DNA from: Patescibacteria group bacterium
GTDB taxonomy: Bacteria > Patescibacteriota > Minisyncoccia > 2-02-FULL-40-12 > GWA2-44-9
Assembly: GCA_038061995.1 (NCBI GenBank)
Contig: JBBTYA010000004.1
Location: 15,350 to 79,349 of the forward strand
Direction of reading: 5' to 3'
Length of the DNA: 64,000 bases
Part shown: piece after piece, positions 29,064 to 39,208 of the stretch
How the letters are laid out: each line of letters starts with the position of its first letter
How positions within the stretch are numbered: the first letter of the stretch is position 1
The notes under the pieces: generated by a model
Told to the model about the DNA's origin: nothing
What the model saw: only the letters and a program-made list of their open reading frames with translations
The model's database searches: none
Program-made: the position numbers and the translations under genes

Positions 29064-29767
29064 GTGTTCCACGCACGCGTGAGACGCCACCACGCAATTC
29101 TGCACACATCATAGAGTACATCAATGTATGCACGCGACGTTATTTTTGTTGCGGGATGATTCTTCCACGCAACCGGCGCCTCATCTATACGGTACCCGAG
29201 AGCACGTGCAATCGCAAGAACTTCTACATCGAATCCCCATCCTACAATATGTAGTTTAGGGAAGATAGCATCAGCGGCGCGGCGCGTGAATACTTTAAAC
29301 CCACGCTGAGTATCCCAAATGCCTGGCACCGCAAGCACTTGAATAAATATATTGCCCAACTTACCCGCAACAACGCGCCACCACGGCTCATGACCGCCTG
29401 CCAAAATCCGCGCGCCAGGAACCGCCAGAGAGCCGATCACCACGTCCGCCCCACGCTCGATTCGCTCAAGCATCAATGGAAGGTGGTCAATGGACGTTGA
29501 GTGATCAGCGTCAAGAAACATTTGTATGTCACCCGTAGCAGCGCGCATGCCGGCGCGCACCGCTGCTCCTTTTCCTTGAAGTGGCTCGGCGATGACCGTA
29601 ACTCCGTATGATCGCGCGACGGAAGTAGTACTATCTGAAGAAGCATTATCTACCACGATAATTTCCGCTTCCCACGGCTTCCCTACGCAAAAAGCTTTCA
29701 CCGCTTCAAGCGTGGGACCGAGACGAGGCGCTTCGTTATATGCAGGGATAATAAGAGAGATACGCAT
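29060..29767 (-). CDS. GT2 polyprenyl-phosphate glycosyltransferase (DPM/ALG5-like)
   Basis: IIPAYNE, GKGAAV, FLDAD, DTQRGFK, FDVEVL. Confidence 0.92.
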   Translation of the reverse strand: MRISLIIPAYNEAPRLGPTLEAVKAFCVGKPWEAEIIVVDNASSDSTTSVARSYGVTVIAEPLQGKGAAVRAGMRAATGDIQMFLDADHSTSIDHLPLMLERIERGADVVIGSLAVPGARILAGGHEPWWRVVAGKLGNIFIQVLAVPGIWDTQRGFKVFTRRAADAIFPKLHIVGWGFDVEVLAIARALGYRIDEAPVAWKNHPATKITSRAYIDVLYDVCRIAWWRLTRAWNT

Positions 29768-29848
29768 GGCTTTTCGTGCATCATACGCCTTTACGTACGA
29801 GAGTAAAAATTGACGCCCTCATAAAACATCCGTATGCTAGTCTCACGC

Positions 29849-30730
29849 ATGCGTACTCATGGTGTCACGCAGATAGCGATCACCGACGCCCGCTACCCCG
29901 AGCGCTTGCGGCACATTTCCAACCCTCCGAACATACTCTACTGCCACGGCAACACCGCACTCCTTGCGAGCGAATCCTGTATTGGCGTTGTGGGCTCTCG
30001 CATGCCTACGGCATATGGGAAAGACGTTACTCACACGATCGCCACGGAACTCGCGCATGCAGGCGCAGTTATTGTCAGTGGACTTGCGCTGGGCATCGAT
30101 GGGATCGCGCACCGTGCGGCACTCGCAGCCCATGCGCACACTATTGCAGTTGTAGGCTCTGGTATTCACGAAAGCGTGCTCTACCCGCAAAGCCACCAAG
30201 CGCTTGCCAGAGAGATCATCGCAGCCGATGGCCTCGTACTTTCCGAATACGAACCGAAAACGCCTGCGCGCGACTACATGTTCCCAGAACGCAACCGCAT
30301 TATCAGCGGTCTCTCGCGAGGAGTCATCGTCACTGAAGCGAATGAAAAAAGTGGCGCGCTCATCACTGCGCGCTGCGCCGTGGAGCAAGGCAAAGACGTG
30401 TTCGCAGTGCCCGGTAGTATTCTCTCTCCCCGCTCAGCAGGACCCAACCGCCTCATTCGCGATGGAGCAACGCCTATCATGGGCGCAGAAGACGTGATCA
30501 GCACATATACTGACATCTTTTCACTACAACCATCGCGTCGTGCCGCTATCGCCGACCCGTTGCAACAACGTATTATTGCAGAGCTTACAACGCACGGACC
30601 CCAACACGTAGATCGGCTCACGCACACTCTCGACACATCACCAAGCAATCTCTTCGTAGCACTCACTCATCTCGCGCTCGCAAAACATATTATTCAAAGC
30701 GCACCAGATACCTGGCGCATCATTTCATGA
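29849..30730 (+). CDS. dprA: DNA-processing protein DprA
   Basis: VVGSR, VSGLALGIDG, FPERNRIISGL, SGALITA; upstream of topA. Confidence 0.95.
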   Translation: MRTHGVTQIAITDARYPERLRHISNPPNILYCHGNTALLASESCIGVVGSRMPTAYGKDVTHTIATELAHAGAVIVSGLALGIDGIAHRAALAAHAHTIAVVGSGIHESVLYPQSHQALAREIIAADGLVLSEYEPKTPARDYMFPERNRIISGLSRGVIVTEANEKSGALITARCAVEQGKDVFAVPGSILSPRSAGPNRLIRDGATPIMGAEDVISTYTDIFSLQPSRRAAIADPLQQRIIAELTTHGPQHVDRLTHTLDTSPSNLFVALTHLALAKHIIQSAPDTWRIIS

Positions 30731-32763
30731 AACTTGTCATTGTAGAAAGTCCCACAAAAGCAAAAACAATCTCCCGTTACGTCACGGGAGATGTTGTCGT
30801 TCTGTCTTCGTTCGGACACGTACGCGATTTGCCTAAGAGCGACCTTGGCATCGATGTCGAACATGACTTCGCACCAAAATATATCGTACCGACAAAAGCA
30901 AAGAAGAATCTTTCTCTCTTGAAAAAAGAGGCTGCGAAAGCAGATACAATCGTCCTTGCAACTGATGAAGACCGCGAAGGAGAATCAATCGCGTGGCATC
31001 TTCTTGAAGCGCTCGGTCTCTCTGGCGCAAAGAAAAAGAAGGCGGATGGAGAAAAAGAAATCCAGCGCATTGTCTTCCATGAAATTACCAAAGAGGCGAT
31101 TCTACATGCACTCGATCATCCACGAAACATTGATCAACATCTCGTCGACGCACAGCAAGCACGACGCATTCTTGATCGCCTTGTAGGATACAAACTCTCC
31201 CCGCTTCTCTGGAAGCGCTACTATCGAGGTCTTTCCGCAGGACGCGTGCAATCAGTTGCGCTTCGCATCATTGTGGATCGCGAGCGAGAAATTCAGGCGT
31301 TCAAGCCACAAGAATATTGGACCGTTGACGCAACTCTTCTCCCAGAGGCGGGGATGCCATTTACAGCGCACCTCACGAGCGTTGATGACAAACCTTTGGG
31401 AGATATGGATATCGCAACACAAACGCACGCCGATATCATCGCGAAAGATCTCACCGGGGCAACATGGAAAGTAAAAGATGTGCAGCGCACTGAAGTAACA
31501 CGTTCCCCGATGGCGCCGTTCACCACGAGCACTCTCCAGCAAACAGCATCGCGTCGCCTGCGCTTCTCTTCTAAGCAAACCATGATGCTCGCTCAGCGCC
31601 TCTATGAAGCCGGGTTCATCACCTACATGCGTACGGACTCGGTGAATCTTTCCGAAGAGTCTCTTGCGAAAGCTGCGACATACATCACCGAAAATCTCGG
31701 AGCGCCATACTACCAGCGTCGAACGTTCAAGACGAAGTCTAAAGGCGCACAAGAAGCCCATGAGGCCGTGCGCCCGACAGATCCATTCCGCACGCCGGAA
31801 GAAATGGCAAAAGAACTTGATCCACGCCAAGCAAAACTCTACGACCTTATCTGGCGCCGCTTCATCGCAAGTCAAATGCCCCAAGCACGCATCGACTCCA
31901 CGGGCATCGATGTTCGCGCCACACGAGAAGGCAGTGAACACGCCTACGATTTTCGTGCCACGGGAAGCATTATGACGTTCGATGGTTTTACAAAGATCTA
32001 TCCATCATCTTTTGAAGAGACGCCTCTTCCCGTCGTAAAAGCACACGACCCACTCACGCTTGAAACACTCCTCCCAGAACAGCATTTCACCAAACCACCT
32101 GCGCGCTTCAACGAAGCTTCGCTTATTAAGATCTTAGAAAAAGAAGGCATCGGCCGTCCTTCAACCTATGCTTCTATTATTTCTACTATTTTAGATCGCG
32201 GATATGTCGAAAAGGACAGGTCACGCTCGCTCACGCCACTCGATATCGGCATGCTCGTTATAGACTTCCTCGTAGAGCACTTCCCCGCCATCGTTGACAC
32301 CCATTTTACATCACACATGGAAGCAAAGCTCGACGATATCGCCGAAGGCAAAGAGGCCTGGGTACCTGTGGTAAAAGAATTCTACGAACCGTTCGCGCAG
32401 ACACTCGCTGCCAAGATGGATATCGCCAAAGACGCAAAAGCTGCTGACGTAGAGACGACCGATAAAATCTGCGATAAGTGCAATAGTCCGATGGTAGTAA
32501 AGCGTGGACGCTTTGGAAAATTCATTGCCTGCTCAAACTTCCCTACCTGTAAGAATGTGCTTCGCGAGAAGAAAGACACTCCGCCACCAGAGCCAACAGG
32601 AGAGAAGTGCGATAAGTGCACCGAGGGCGACCTCGTGATGCGCACGGGCCGCTTTGGAAAATTCATCGGGTGCTCTCGCTATCCGAAGTGTAAGAATATT
32701 AGAAAACTTCCGAAGGAAGAACGCGACGTACCGATCGAGAAGCTTGACGAACAAGAAAAATAG
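30727..32763 (+). CDS. topA: DNA topoisomerase I
   Basis: IVESPTKAKTI, ATDEDREGE, SAGRVQS, ITYMRTD, GRPSTY; two C-terminal Zn ribbons. Confidence 0.98.
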   Translation: MKLVIVESPTKAKTISRYVTGDVVVLSSFGHVRDLPKSDLGIDVEHDFAPKYIVPTKAKKNLSLLKKEAAKADTIVLATDEDREGESIAWHLLEALGLSGAKKKKADGEKEIQRIVFHEITKEAILHALDHPRNIDQHLVDAQQARRILDRLVGYKLSPLLWKRYYRGLSAGRVQSVALRIIVDREREIQAFKPQEYWTVDATLLPEAGMPFTAHLTSVDDKPLGDMDIATQTHADIIAKDLTGATWKVKDVQRTEVTRSPMAPFTTSTLQQTASRRLRFSSKQTMMLAQRLYEAGFITYMRTDSVNLSEESLAKAATYITENLGAPYYQRRTFKTKSKGAQEAHEAVRPTDPFRTPEEMAKELDPRQAKLYDLIWRRFIASQMPQARIDSTGIDVRATREGSEHAYDFRATGSIMTFDGFTKIYPSSFEETPLPVVKAHDPLTLETLLPEQHFTKPPARFNEASLIKILEKEGIGRPSTYASIISTILDRGYVEKDRSRSLTPLDIGMLVIDFLVEHFPAIVDTHFTSHMEAKLDDIAEGKEAWVPVVKEFYEPFAQTLAAKMDIAKDAKAADVETTDKICDKCNSPMVVKRGRFGKFIACSNFPTCKNVLREKKDTPPPEPTGEKCDKCTEGDLVMRTGRFGKFIGCSRYPKCKNIRKLPKEERDVPIEKLDEQEK

Positions 32764-32791
32764 CGTATTCTCTGCGCCAAGGAGGTAGTGC

Positions 32792-33400
32792 GTGTACCAG
32801 CCACAAAAAACGGAGAGCATCCCCACGATTCAGGGAGCATTCCTTCTGCAACGCCGTGTCTATGGAGACGGGCGCGGGCAGTTCTCTGAGCTCTTGTCGA
32901 CGGGAGGCGTCCGGCCTCCGCGAGGCGGGGCCATTCTGTTCGGCAGCGGCCAAACAAACTTCTCGTACTCCATTACGGGAGCAGTGCGGGGCATGCACTG
33001 GCAGCATGGCCAAGGAAAGCTCCTCACCGTTCTTTCGGGGAAGGTTGCAGACATCATGCTCGATGTGCGCAGAGGTTCGCCCACATTCGGCAAGACGCAC
33101 GTTCAACTCCTCGATACACCGACGCGTGACGACACAACTGCGCTTTCGATCTATGTGCCGCCCGGCGTCGCCCACGGCGTCATGGCACTCTGCCCGACCA
33201 CTCTCGTGTACCACACGACTCAGTCGTGGCAACCCCACAACGAAGGTGGAGTCCGCTTCAACGATCCGGAGCTTGACCTTCCATGGCCAAAAGAGTGTGG
33301 ACTGCGCATCGTCTCCAAGAAGGACAGTGAGCTCCCCTTGTGGAGCTACTGGAGGCTCAACCCCTCAAAACTCCCCCAGTACCCCCGCACCGAAGCGTGA
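32792..33400 (+). CDS. rfbC: dTDP-4-dehydrorhamnose 3,5-epimerase family (RmlC/RfbC)
   Basis: GDGRGQFSE, QTNFSYS, RGMHWQ, DVRRGSPTFG, YVPPGVAHG, NDPEL; AAGGAGG SD. Confidence 0.88.
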   Translation: MYQPQKTESIPTIQGAFLLQRRVYGDGRGQFSELLSTGGVRPPRGGAILFGSGQTNFSYSITGAVRGMHWQHGQGKLLTVLSGKVADIMLDVRRGSPTFGKTHVQLLDTPTRDDTTALSIYVPPGVAHGVMALCPTTLVYHTTQSWQPHNEGGVRFNDPELDLPWPKECGLRIVSKKDSELPLWSYWRLNPSKLPQYPRTEA

Positions 33401-33483
33401 TGAGGGTACTCGTGCGCCGCCTCATCACTGGGGCGGCGCTTTTCTTGCAAAGAGCGTACTCAGGTGTACCATACATGATTACT

Positions 33484-35406
33484 ATGACCCTCCCGGAATC
33501 TGGGGAATCATTTTTAGAGACCCTTCCCCGCGCTCGGCGTTTTTCAGAAGAAGAGCAGGGGCGCATTGTCCGCGCCTTCACTATCGCGCAACGCGCACAT
33601 GCTACGCAGAAACGCAAAAGTGGCGACCCCTATCTCTCGCATCCCGTTGCCATTGCGCACCACCTCGCCACCATTGGCATGGACGCCCCCACCATCACAG
33701 CGGCGCTTTTGCATGATGTCCTTGAAGATACGTCAGTCGACCCTCAAGAAATCGAGAGTTCGTGTGGCAGTGACGTACTTTTTCTCGTACAAGGTGTCAC
33801 TAAATTAACACGTCTTCCTTTTGCGCCACGCACCACCGCAGAGGCTCACGATGCATATGTTGCATCTTTTAAAAACCTCATCTTCGCCATGGCCGAAGAT
33901 TTGCGTGTCATCATTATTAAGCTCGCCGACCGCCGACACAACATGCTCACGCTTAGCGCGCTTGATACGGCGGACCAACAACGCATCGCCCGGGAGACAA
34001 TAGAGATATACGCACCCATCGCATCACGCCTTGGCATGGGAACGATGCGTGGTGAGCTTGAAGACCTCGCGTTCCCTTTCGCGTACCCCGACGCATACGC
34101 CCACCTCACATCACTCGTACACGAAACATATGATGATCGCCTCGCGTATACCAGGCGCATCACGCCTATCATTGCTCGAGCCCTAGATCTCGCCGGCATT
34201 CGTGTGCGCGACATTCATGCGCGCGCGAAGCATACGTGGAGTCTCTACCAAAAAATGCAGCGCGATGGTCTCACTACGCTTGAGAACATTTTTGATCTCG
34301 TGGCGCTTCGTATCATCGTAGACACCATTCCTGCGTGCTATGAGGCCCTGGGGACCGTACACGCACGCTACAAGCCTCTCCCAGGCCGCATTAAAGACTA
34401 TATAGCCCTTCCCAAGCCAAATGGCTATCGCTCGCTCCACACGACCGTTTTTTGCGAAGAGGGTCGTGTTACAGAAATACAGATTCGCACACCTGACATG
34501 CACGCTCACGCAGAGCATGGTATCGCCGCGCACTGGGCCTATAGCGAATCGGGCAAGGTGCGCGGGTTTACGGCCGATACTAATCACGCCGCATGGGTAG
34601 CTTCTCTTCGTGACACGCTCAAAGATATCAAAACGAGCTCTGGCATGGCGCGCGCAACCAGCGACTTTTTGAAAAGTCGCATGTACGTATTCACACCGCA
34701 AGGAGATGTGAAAGATCTTCCCGAAGGATCAACGCCTGTTGATTTTGCCTACGCCGTGCACACAAACCTTGGACACGCGATCACCGGCGCAAAGATCAAC
34801 GGAGCGATAGCCCCGCTTACCGCACGCCTACGCAATGGAGATGTCGTTGAGGCGCTCAAGAGTAAAACGCAGAAACCTTCATTTGATTGGCTCATGTTCG
34901 TACGCACCTCACACGCACGCCAGAGTATCCAGTCGTGGTTTAAAAACAATGATCCGCGCACGATGATTGCCAATGGGAAGGAGCTCCTCGTTAAAGAACT
35001 CCGGAGAATACATCTCACATGGGATGACCTCCCCCGCACAACCGTCGCACACATGGTCGCCACCTATTCGGCGCGAACCGCTGACGGACTCTTCACGCGC
35101 ATTAGCGTTGGAGATATCAGCGCGCAAGATGTGGTGAAAAAGTTTTTCCCCGAAGCGCGAACGCCGAGAAAACAACAAAAGAAAGTACGGAAACAAAACA
35201 CCCCCACGCCCGCCCACACTCTTGTTGTCGCCAATGATCCCACACTGCCATGGCGCATAGGAAAATGCTGCGCACCAGAACAACCTGAGCGCATCGTGGG
35301 CTATATTACTCGCGGAAAGGGGATCACCGTCCATGCACGCACCTGCACAAACGCACAAACCGCCCGAAAAGAGCGGCTTGTCTCTGCGAAGTGGAACACT
35401 AACTAA
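33484..35406 (+). CDS. rel: Long RelA/SpoT homolog (HD, synthetase, TGS, ZFD; no ACT domain)
   Basis: RKSGDPY, LHDVLED, KLADRRHN, PKPNGYRSLH, EIQIRT, DFAYAVHT, KCC...GITVH; start uncertain (33475 or 33484). Confidence 0.93.
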   Translation: MTLPESGESFLETLPRARRFSEEEQGRIVRAFTIAQRAHATQKRKSGDPYLSHPVAIAHHLATIGMDAPTITAALLHDVLEDTSVDPQEIESSCGSDVLFLVQGVTKLTRLPFAPRTTAEAHDAYVASFKNLIFAMAEDLRVIIIKLADRRHNMLTLSALDTADQQRIARETIEIYAPIASRLGMGTMRGELEDLAFPFAYPDAYAHLTSLVHETYDDRLAYTRRITPIIARALDLAGIRVRDIHARAKHTWSLYQKMQRDGLTTLENIFDLVALRIIVDTIPACYEALGTVHARYKPLPGRIKDYIALPKPNGYRSLHTTVFCEEGRVTEIQIRTPDMHAHAEHGIAAHWAYSESGKVRGFTADTNHAAWVASLRDTLKDIKTSSGMARATSDFLKSRMYVFTPQGDVKDLPEGSTPVDFAYAVHTNLGHAITGAKINGAIAPLTARLRNGDVVEALKSKTQKPSFDWLMFVRTSHARQSIQSWFKNNDPRTMIANGKELLVKELRRIHLTWDDLPRTTVAHMVATYSARTADGLFTRISVGDISAQDVVKKFFPEARTPRKQQKKVRKQNTPTPAHTLVVANDPTLPWRIGKCCAPEQPERIVGYITRGKGITVHARTCTNAQTARKERLVSAKWNTN

Positions 35407-36290
35407 TCGATAATGTTACGAGCGATAAGATTCAGTTCTTCGTGATCCGCAAAGCGAATAACGATCTGCCCGCCACGCGCTCCTGTTTTGATCAACACTG
35501 GGGCCTTAAGGCGCTCACAGAGGGTGCTCTGTAATTCTTCAAAGCGCCGATCGGAATTAGTACCCGCTCGGCCACCTTTATCACGTGACGATGCCATTTC
35601 AATATCTGACTTTGAAAAGCCATCTTCCACCACGCGACGAAACATCTCTTGTTGCTTTGCGGGATCAGAAAAGGCGAGAAGTGCGCGGCCATGCGTTGCA
35701 CCAATTTTCCCACTCCGGATTGCCTGCTTGATGTTATCAGGCAACTTTATGAGACGCATCGTGTTCGCAACAGTTTCACGAGACTTCCCCACCTTCTGCG
35801 CTACTTCCTGCTGGGTGAGACCGAATTCACTTGCCAAGCGCGCATATGCCTCGGCTTCTTCCATGCCGTTGAGATCATCGCGCTGGATGTTTTCAATCAA
35901 TGCAACTTGTAGACGTGTTGACTTCTCATTACCTAAATCATCTTTAATAATAACGGGAACCGTAGGAAGGCCAGCAATTTGGGAAGCGCGCAAACGGCGC
36001 TCACCGGCAATAAGTTCGTAGAACACGTCCATGCCACGAGGTCCGTGGTCTTCTTTCTTTGAAACGAGCAATGGCTGAAGCACGCCATAACGCCGAATAG
36101 AATTTGCGAGCTCTTTTAGCGCATCTGGGTCAAAATCTTGACGCGGTTGATCAGGGTTTGGGCGAATCTTCCCTACTTCAATATAAAAAACACTTTCCTT
36201 AACTGCAGTCGCCTCTGCGCTCCGCACGCTTGAGTCGGCGGGAATGAGCGATCCTAATCCTTTTCCAAGTCCGAATAGTTTTTTCACCAT
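35403..36290 (-). CDS. parB: Chromosome partitioning protein ParB
   Basis: GLGKGL, NPDQPR, IAGERRLRA, LIENIQRDDL, HTH. Confidence 0.95.
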   Translation of the reverse strand: MVKKLFGLGKGLGSLIPADSSVRSAEATAVKESVFYIEVGKIRPNPDQPRQDFDPDALKELANSIRRYGVLQPLLVSKKEDHGPRGMDVFYELIAGERRLRASQIAGLPTVPVIIKDDLGNEKSTRLQVALIENIQRDDLNGMEEAEAYARLASEFGLTQQEVAQKVGKSRETVANTMRLIKLPDNIKQAIRSGKIGATHGRALLAFSDPAKQQEMFRRVVEDGFSKSDIEMASSRDKGGRAGTNSDRRFEELQSTLCERLKAPVLIKTGARGGQIVIRFADHEELNLIARNIID

Positions 36291-36293
36291 AAG

Positions 36294-37058
36294 TTACGCA
36301 AGTTTAATAATTTCTTCTGCAAGCTGACGATACGCGTACGCTGCTTTTGAATACGGATCGAACTGGAGAATGGTTTTTCCAAAGCTTGGCGCCTCTGCAA
36401 GAGAAACGGTGCGCGGGATCACCGAAGAAAAGACTCGTCCAGGAAAATGCTTCATCACTTCATTCACGACTTGGTTCGATAATTGGTTGCGCTTATCATA
36501 CATTGTAAGCACCACACCCAGCACTTGCAAATCTTGGTTCAATCCGTTGCGCACTAGTTCGACAGTGCGCAGCAGTTGTCCCAGTCCTTCAAGCGCAAAA
36601 TATTCACACTGCACGGGAATCATGACTTTTTCTGCCGCGGCAAGCGCGTTTATAGTAAGAAGGCCAAGAGATGGCGGACAATCAATGAGCACATAGTCAT
36701 AGTTATGCCTCACCGAATCAATCGCACGCTTGAGACGACTTTCGCGCGCGTCCATAGACACGAGCTCCACCGTTGCTCCCGCAAGATTTTGTGCCGCGGG
36801 GAGCACATCAAAGCCAAAGAGTTGCGTGCGCTTGAGAACGCTCTGTGGATTCTGATCGTTCACCAGAACGTGGTACACATTCGCGTCTTCATTGTCTTCG
36901 TGGCCTAAGCCAAGCCCTAGTGTTGCGTTCGCTTGAGAGTCTAGATCTACCAACAAGACGTACTTACCGAGCGCCGCCAAATACGCGGCGGTGTTAATAG
37001 CCGTAGTTGTTTTTCCTACGCCCCCCTTCTGATTACAGACTGCGATAACACGGGCCAT
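36294..37058 (-). CDS. parA: Chromosome partitioning ATPase ParA/Soj
   Basis: NQKGGVGKTTT, IDCPPSLG, QCEYFALEG, LAEAPSFG. Confidence 0.96.
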   Translation of the reverse strand: MARVIAVCNQKGGVGKTTTAINTAAYLAALGKYVLLVDLDSQANATLGLGLGHEDNEDANVYHVLVNDQNPQSVLKRTQLFGFDVLPAAQNLAGATVELVSMDARESRLKRAIDSVRHNYDYVLIDCPPSLGLLTINALAAAEKVMIPVQCEYFALEGLGQLLRTVELVRNGLNQDLQVLGVVLTMYDKRNQLSNQVVNEVMKHFPGRVFSSVIPRTVSLAEAPSFGKTILQFDPYSKAAYAYRQLAEEIIKLA

Positions 37059-37163
37059 AACGGTATCTGCATCGTAGCACGCAGGGATATGGGGAGCAAT
37101 GAAGAAGCGTTGAAAAACCAGCTTTTCCGTGGTACGCTATGCCCGCAGTAATGAGCGGTATAT

Positions 37164-37246
37164 GCCGGGGTGGTGGAATGGCAGACACGATGGACTCAAA
37201 ATCCATTGAGGGCAACCTCGTGAGGGTTCAAGTCCCTCCCTCGGCA
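37164..37246 (+). tRNA. tRNA-Leu(CAA)
   Basis: Cloverleaf with long variable arm; atgga-CTCAAAA-tccat. Confidence 0.95.
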
Positions 37247-37255
37247 CTAAGCGAT

Positions 37256-37300
37256 CCTCAAATACATACCACGCGCTTTGCGCGTGGTATGTATTTGAGG
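37256..37300. repeat. Perfect 21-bp inverted repeat with 3-nt loop
   Basis: cctcaaatacataccacgcgc-ttt-gcgcgtggtatgtatttgagg. Confidence 0.9.
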
Positions 37301-37335
37301 CGATCCCGTAAGTGGGATGAAGCCCGCCCAGATAA

Positions 37336-37725
37336 CTATCTAAGCCACTGCCTTAGATTCTTTGGCCAGCCAAGGAGAAAGAGCAGTGCTAAAGGAGCTC
37401 CCCAATTTGCGGCACGCTCAACAAAGTCCCACGCGGGATCTGGCCCGATCGGCCAACGGATCATCGCAGTCCACAGACCCCAGAGCGCCATCCACAACAC
37501 TGCAATGCGGATAGGCTTTATAAGGACGAGTATCGCCAGCGCAACATCTAAAACGCCAACCCAGAATAGAAGGGTAAGAATCGTCTCCGTATTAGAGATT
37601 CCAACAGCCTCGAAATACTTAAACCATCCCTCCTTGCCCTGAAGCGCAAAAATGCCGTGACCAAGAAATTCTCCTGCAACTGCGATGCGCAATATCCACT
37701 CAACAAGCTTTGTGTTCATAATCAT
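37336..37725 (-). CDS. DoxX-like membrane protein
   Basis: LRIAVAGEFLGHG, 4 TM, FVERAANWGAPL. Confidence 0.8.
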   Translation of the reverse strand: MIMNTKLVEWILRIAVAGEFLGHGIFALQGKEGWFKYFEAVGISNTETILTLLFWVGVLDVALAILVLIKPIRIAVLWMALWGLWTAMIRWPIGPDPAWDFVERAANWGAPLALLFLLGWPKNLRQWLR

Positions 37726-37904
37726 TAATACCTCAACTATAAATCAAAATCTTGAATTAATTATACCACGTATACACAGCACACCAAATCCGGATTACCG
37801 AAATATAAAATTATTTCCGTCTTAATACATATCTAGTTGTATAATTCTACTCAAGCTGAATTAAAATTTGCTGGAAATATCCAAAATAGTTACACTCGTT
37901 TTAC

Positions 37905-38384
37905 ATGACCACGCAGGAAGCCACACTTCACAGGCTCGTAGATCCAACAAAGGTGCAGGTGTTTGTATTCACGTGCCCTGCGAATATTCCAACAAATATC
38001 GGTGCACATCCGTGGTTTGTTATTAATCGACAGGGCGCACTCTCGCGTTGGGAGGTACTTTTTCAAAAGAGAGCACGCTCCACACAGCACTGGGGCCACA
38101 TTTTTAAAGACGCTTTTCCTCCGTTTTCTGGCATCAGCATCTTTCCGCTTTTCTACTCCCCACGCTGGAATGCCACGCTTCTCGGAGTAATAGAAGGAGA
38201 AGCTGCAGAACTGCTAGCTCAACGTATAGAAAACTCACCAAGCGAATATCCATTCCGCGATGCGTACTTCATCCTTGGTCCTAATAGCAACACCTACGGA
38301 CAGTGGGCTTTGAACGCCCTTCCCACGAATTCAATTAAGCTTCCCTGGAACGCTTTTGGTAAAAACCACAAAGCTCGCGGCTAG
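37905..38384 (+). CDS. DUF3750-like protein (permuted NlpC/P60-like)
   Basis: HPWFVI, RWEV, YP..Y..GPNSNTY motifs. Confidence 0.75.
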   Translation: MTTQEATLHRLVDPTKVQVFVFTCPANIPTNIGAHPWFVINRQGALSRWEVLFQKRARSTQHWGHIFKDAFPPFSGISIFPLFYSPRWNATLLGVIEGEAAELLAQRIENSPSEYPFRDAYFILGPNSNTYGQWALNALPTNSIKLPWNAFGKNHKARG

Positions 38385-39208
38385 AGTTCGCACAAATTCT
38401 CAAGCATGGCAGCAACCATAATCGGCCCCATGCCACCGGGCACGGGAGTAAGAAGATCAGCAAGCGGAGCAACCGATTTTACATCTACGTCCCCTGTCAC
38501 TTTTCCTTTCTGGAGTGCGTAGCCAAAATCAATCACTGTTGCACCTTCTTTGATCCACTTTTTAGTAATCAGTTTTGGTTTCCCTACACCTGAGACAATC
38601 AAGCTTGCACACGATGCAATTGCGGCAGGATCTTTTGTATTCTCGTCGATAAGGGCAACCACAGCGCCTTGCGCTTGAAGCCACCGTGCGATGGGATCGC
38701 CAACAAGCTGGCCGCCGCCCACAACGGCGCACTGCATACCAGGCAATACAACGCCGCGGAGCTCACATACTTCGCGCAGCGCACGCACTGTTGGAGGCAA
38801 CACCACAAGACCGGCAGGATCAGCGTGAAACATCGCGCGGCGCTGGGAAGTAAGTACATCAACGTCTTTACCTGGATCAATAAGGTCCATGTATGTGCTT
38901 GAATCCATGCCAGAAGGCAAGGGAAGTTCTAAAAAGATACCGGTCACCTCATCATCCACATTTAAGAACGCAATCGTCTCACGCAGACTTGTATCAGAAA
39001 CATCCTCAAGAATATAGGAAGAGAACAACATACCGCAGCGTTCTGCGGCTTTCTTTTTGATAGCAATGAATTTTTCGACCGCGGGGTCTTTCCCTACAGC
39101 CACAGCAGCGAGCATGGGAGCAACGCCCAACGCATCAACACGCACGCGAATGCGCTCATGCATGTGCTCTGCAATAATAGTGCCGTCAAGAATGGTTGCC
39201 ATGGGCAT
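38381..39208 (-). CDS. folD: Methylenetetrahydrofolate dehydrogenase/cyclohydrolase
   Basis: ILDG, LPLP, KDVD, VIDFG, GDVD, TPVPGGMGP. Confidence 0.93.
   Translation of the reverse strand: MPMATILDGTIIAEHMHERIRVRVDALGVAPMLAAVAVGKDPAVEKFIAIKKKAAERCGMLFSSYILEDVSDTSLRETIAFLNVDDEVTGIFLELPLPSGMDSSTYMDLIDPGKDVDVLTSQRRAMFHADPAGLVVLPPTVRALREVCELRGVVLPGMQCAVVGGGQLVGDPIARWLQAQGAVVALIDENTKDPAAIASCASLIVSGVGKPKLITKKWIKEGATVIDFGYALQKGKVTGDVDVKSVAPLADLLTPVPGGMGPIMVAAMLENLCEL

Noticed and set aside
33340-33483. N-terminal extensions in the ORF track (rel, dnaE, rnhA, folD, M16 peptidase, rpmF, pheS)
   Set aside because: They overlap neighbouring genes, terminators or promoters; family-like sequence starts at downstream ATGs.
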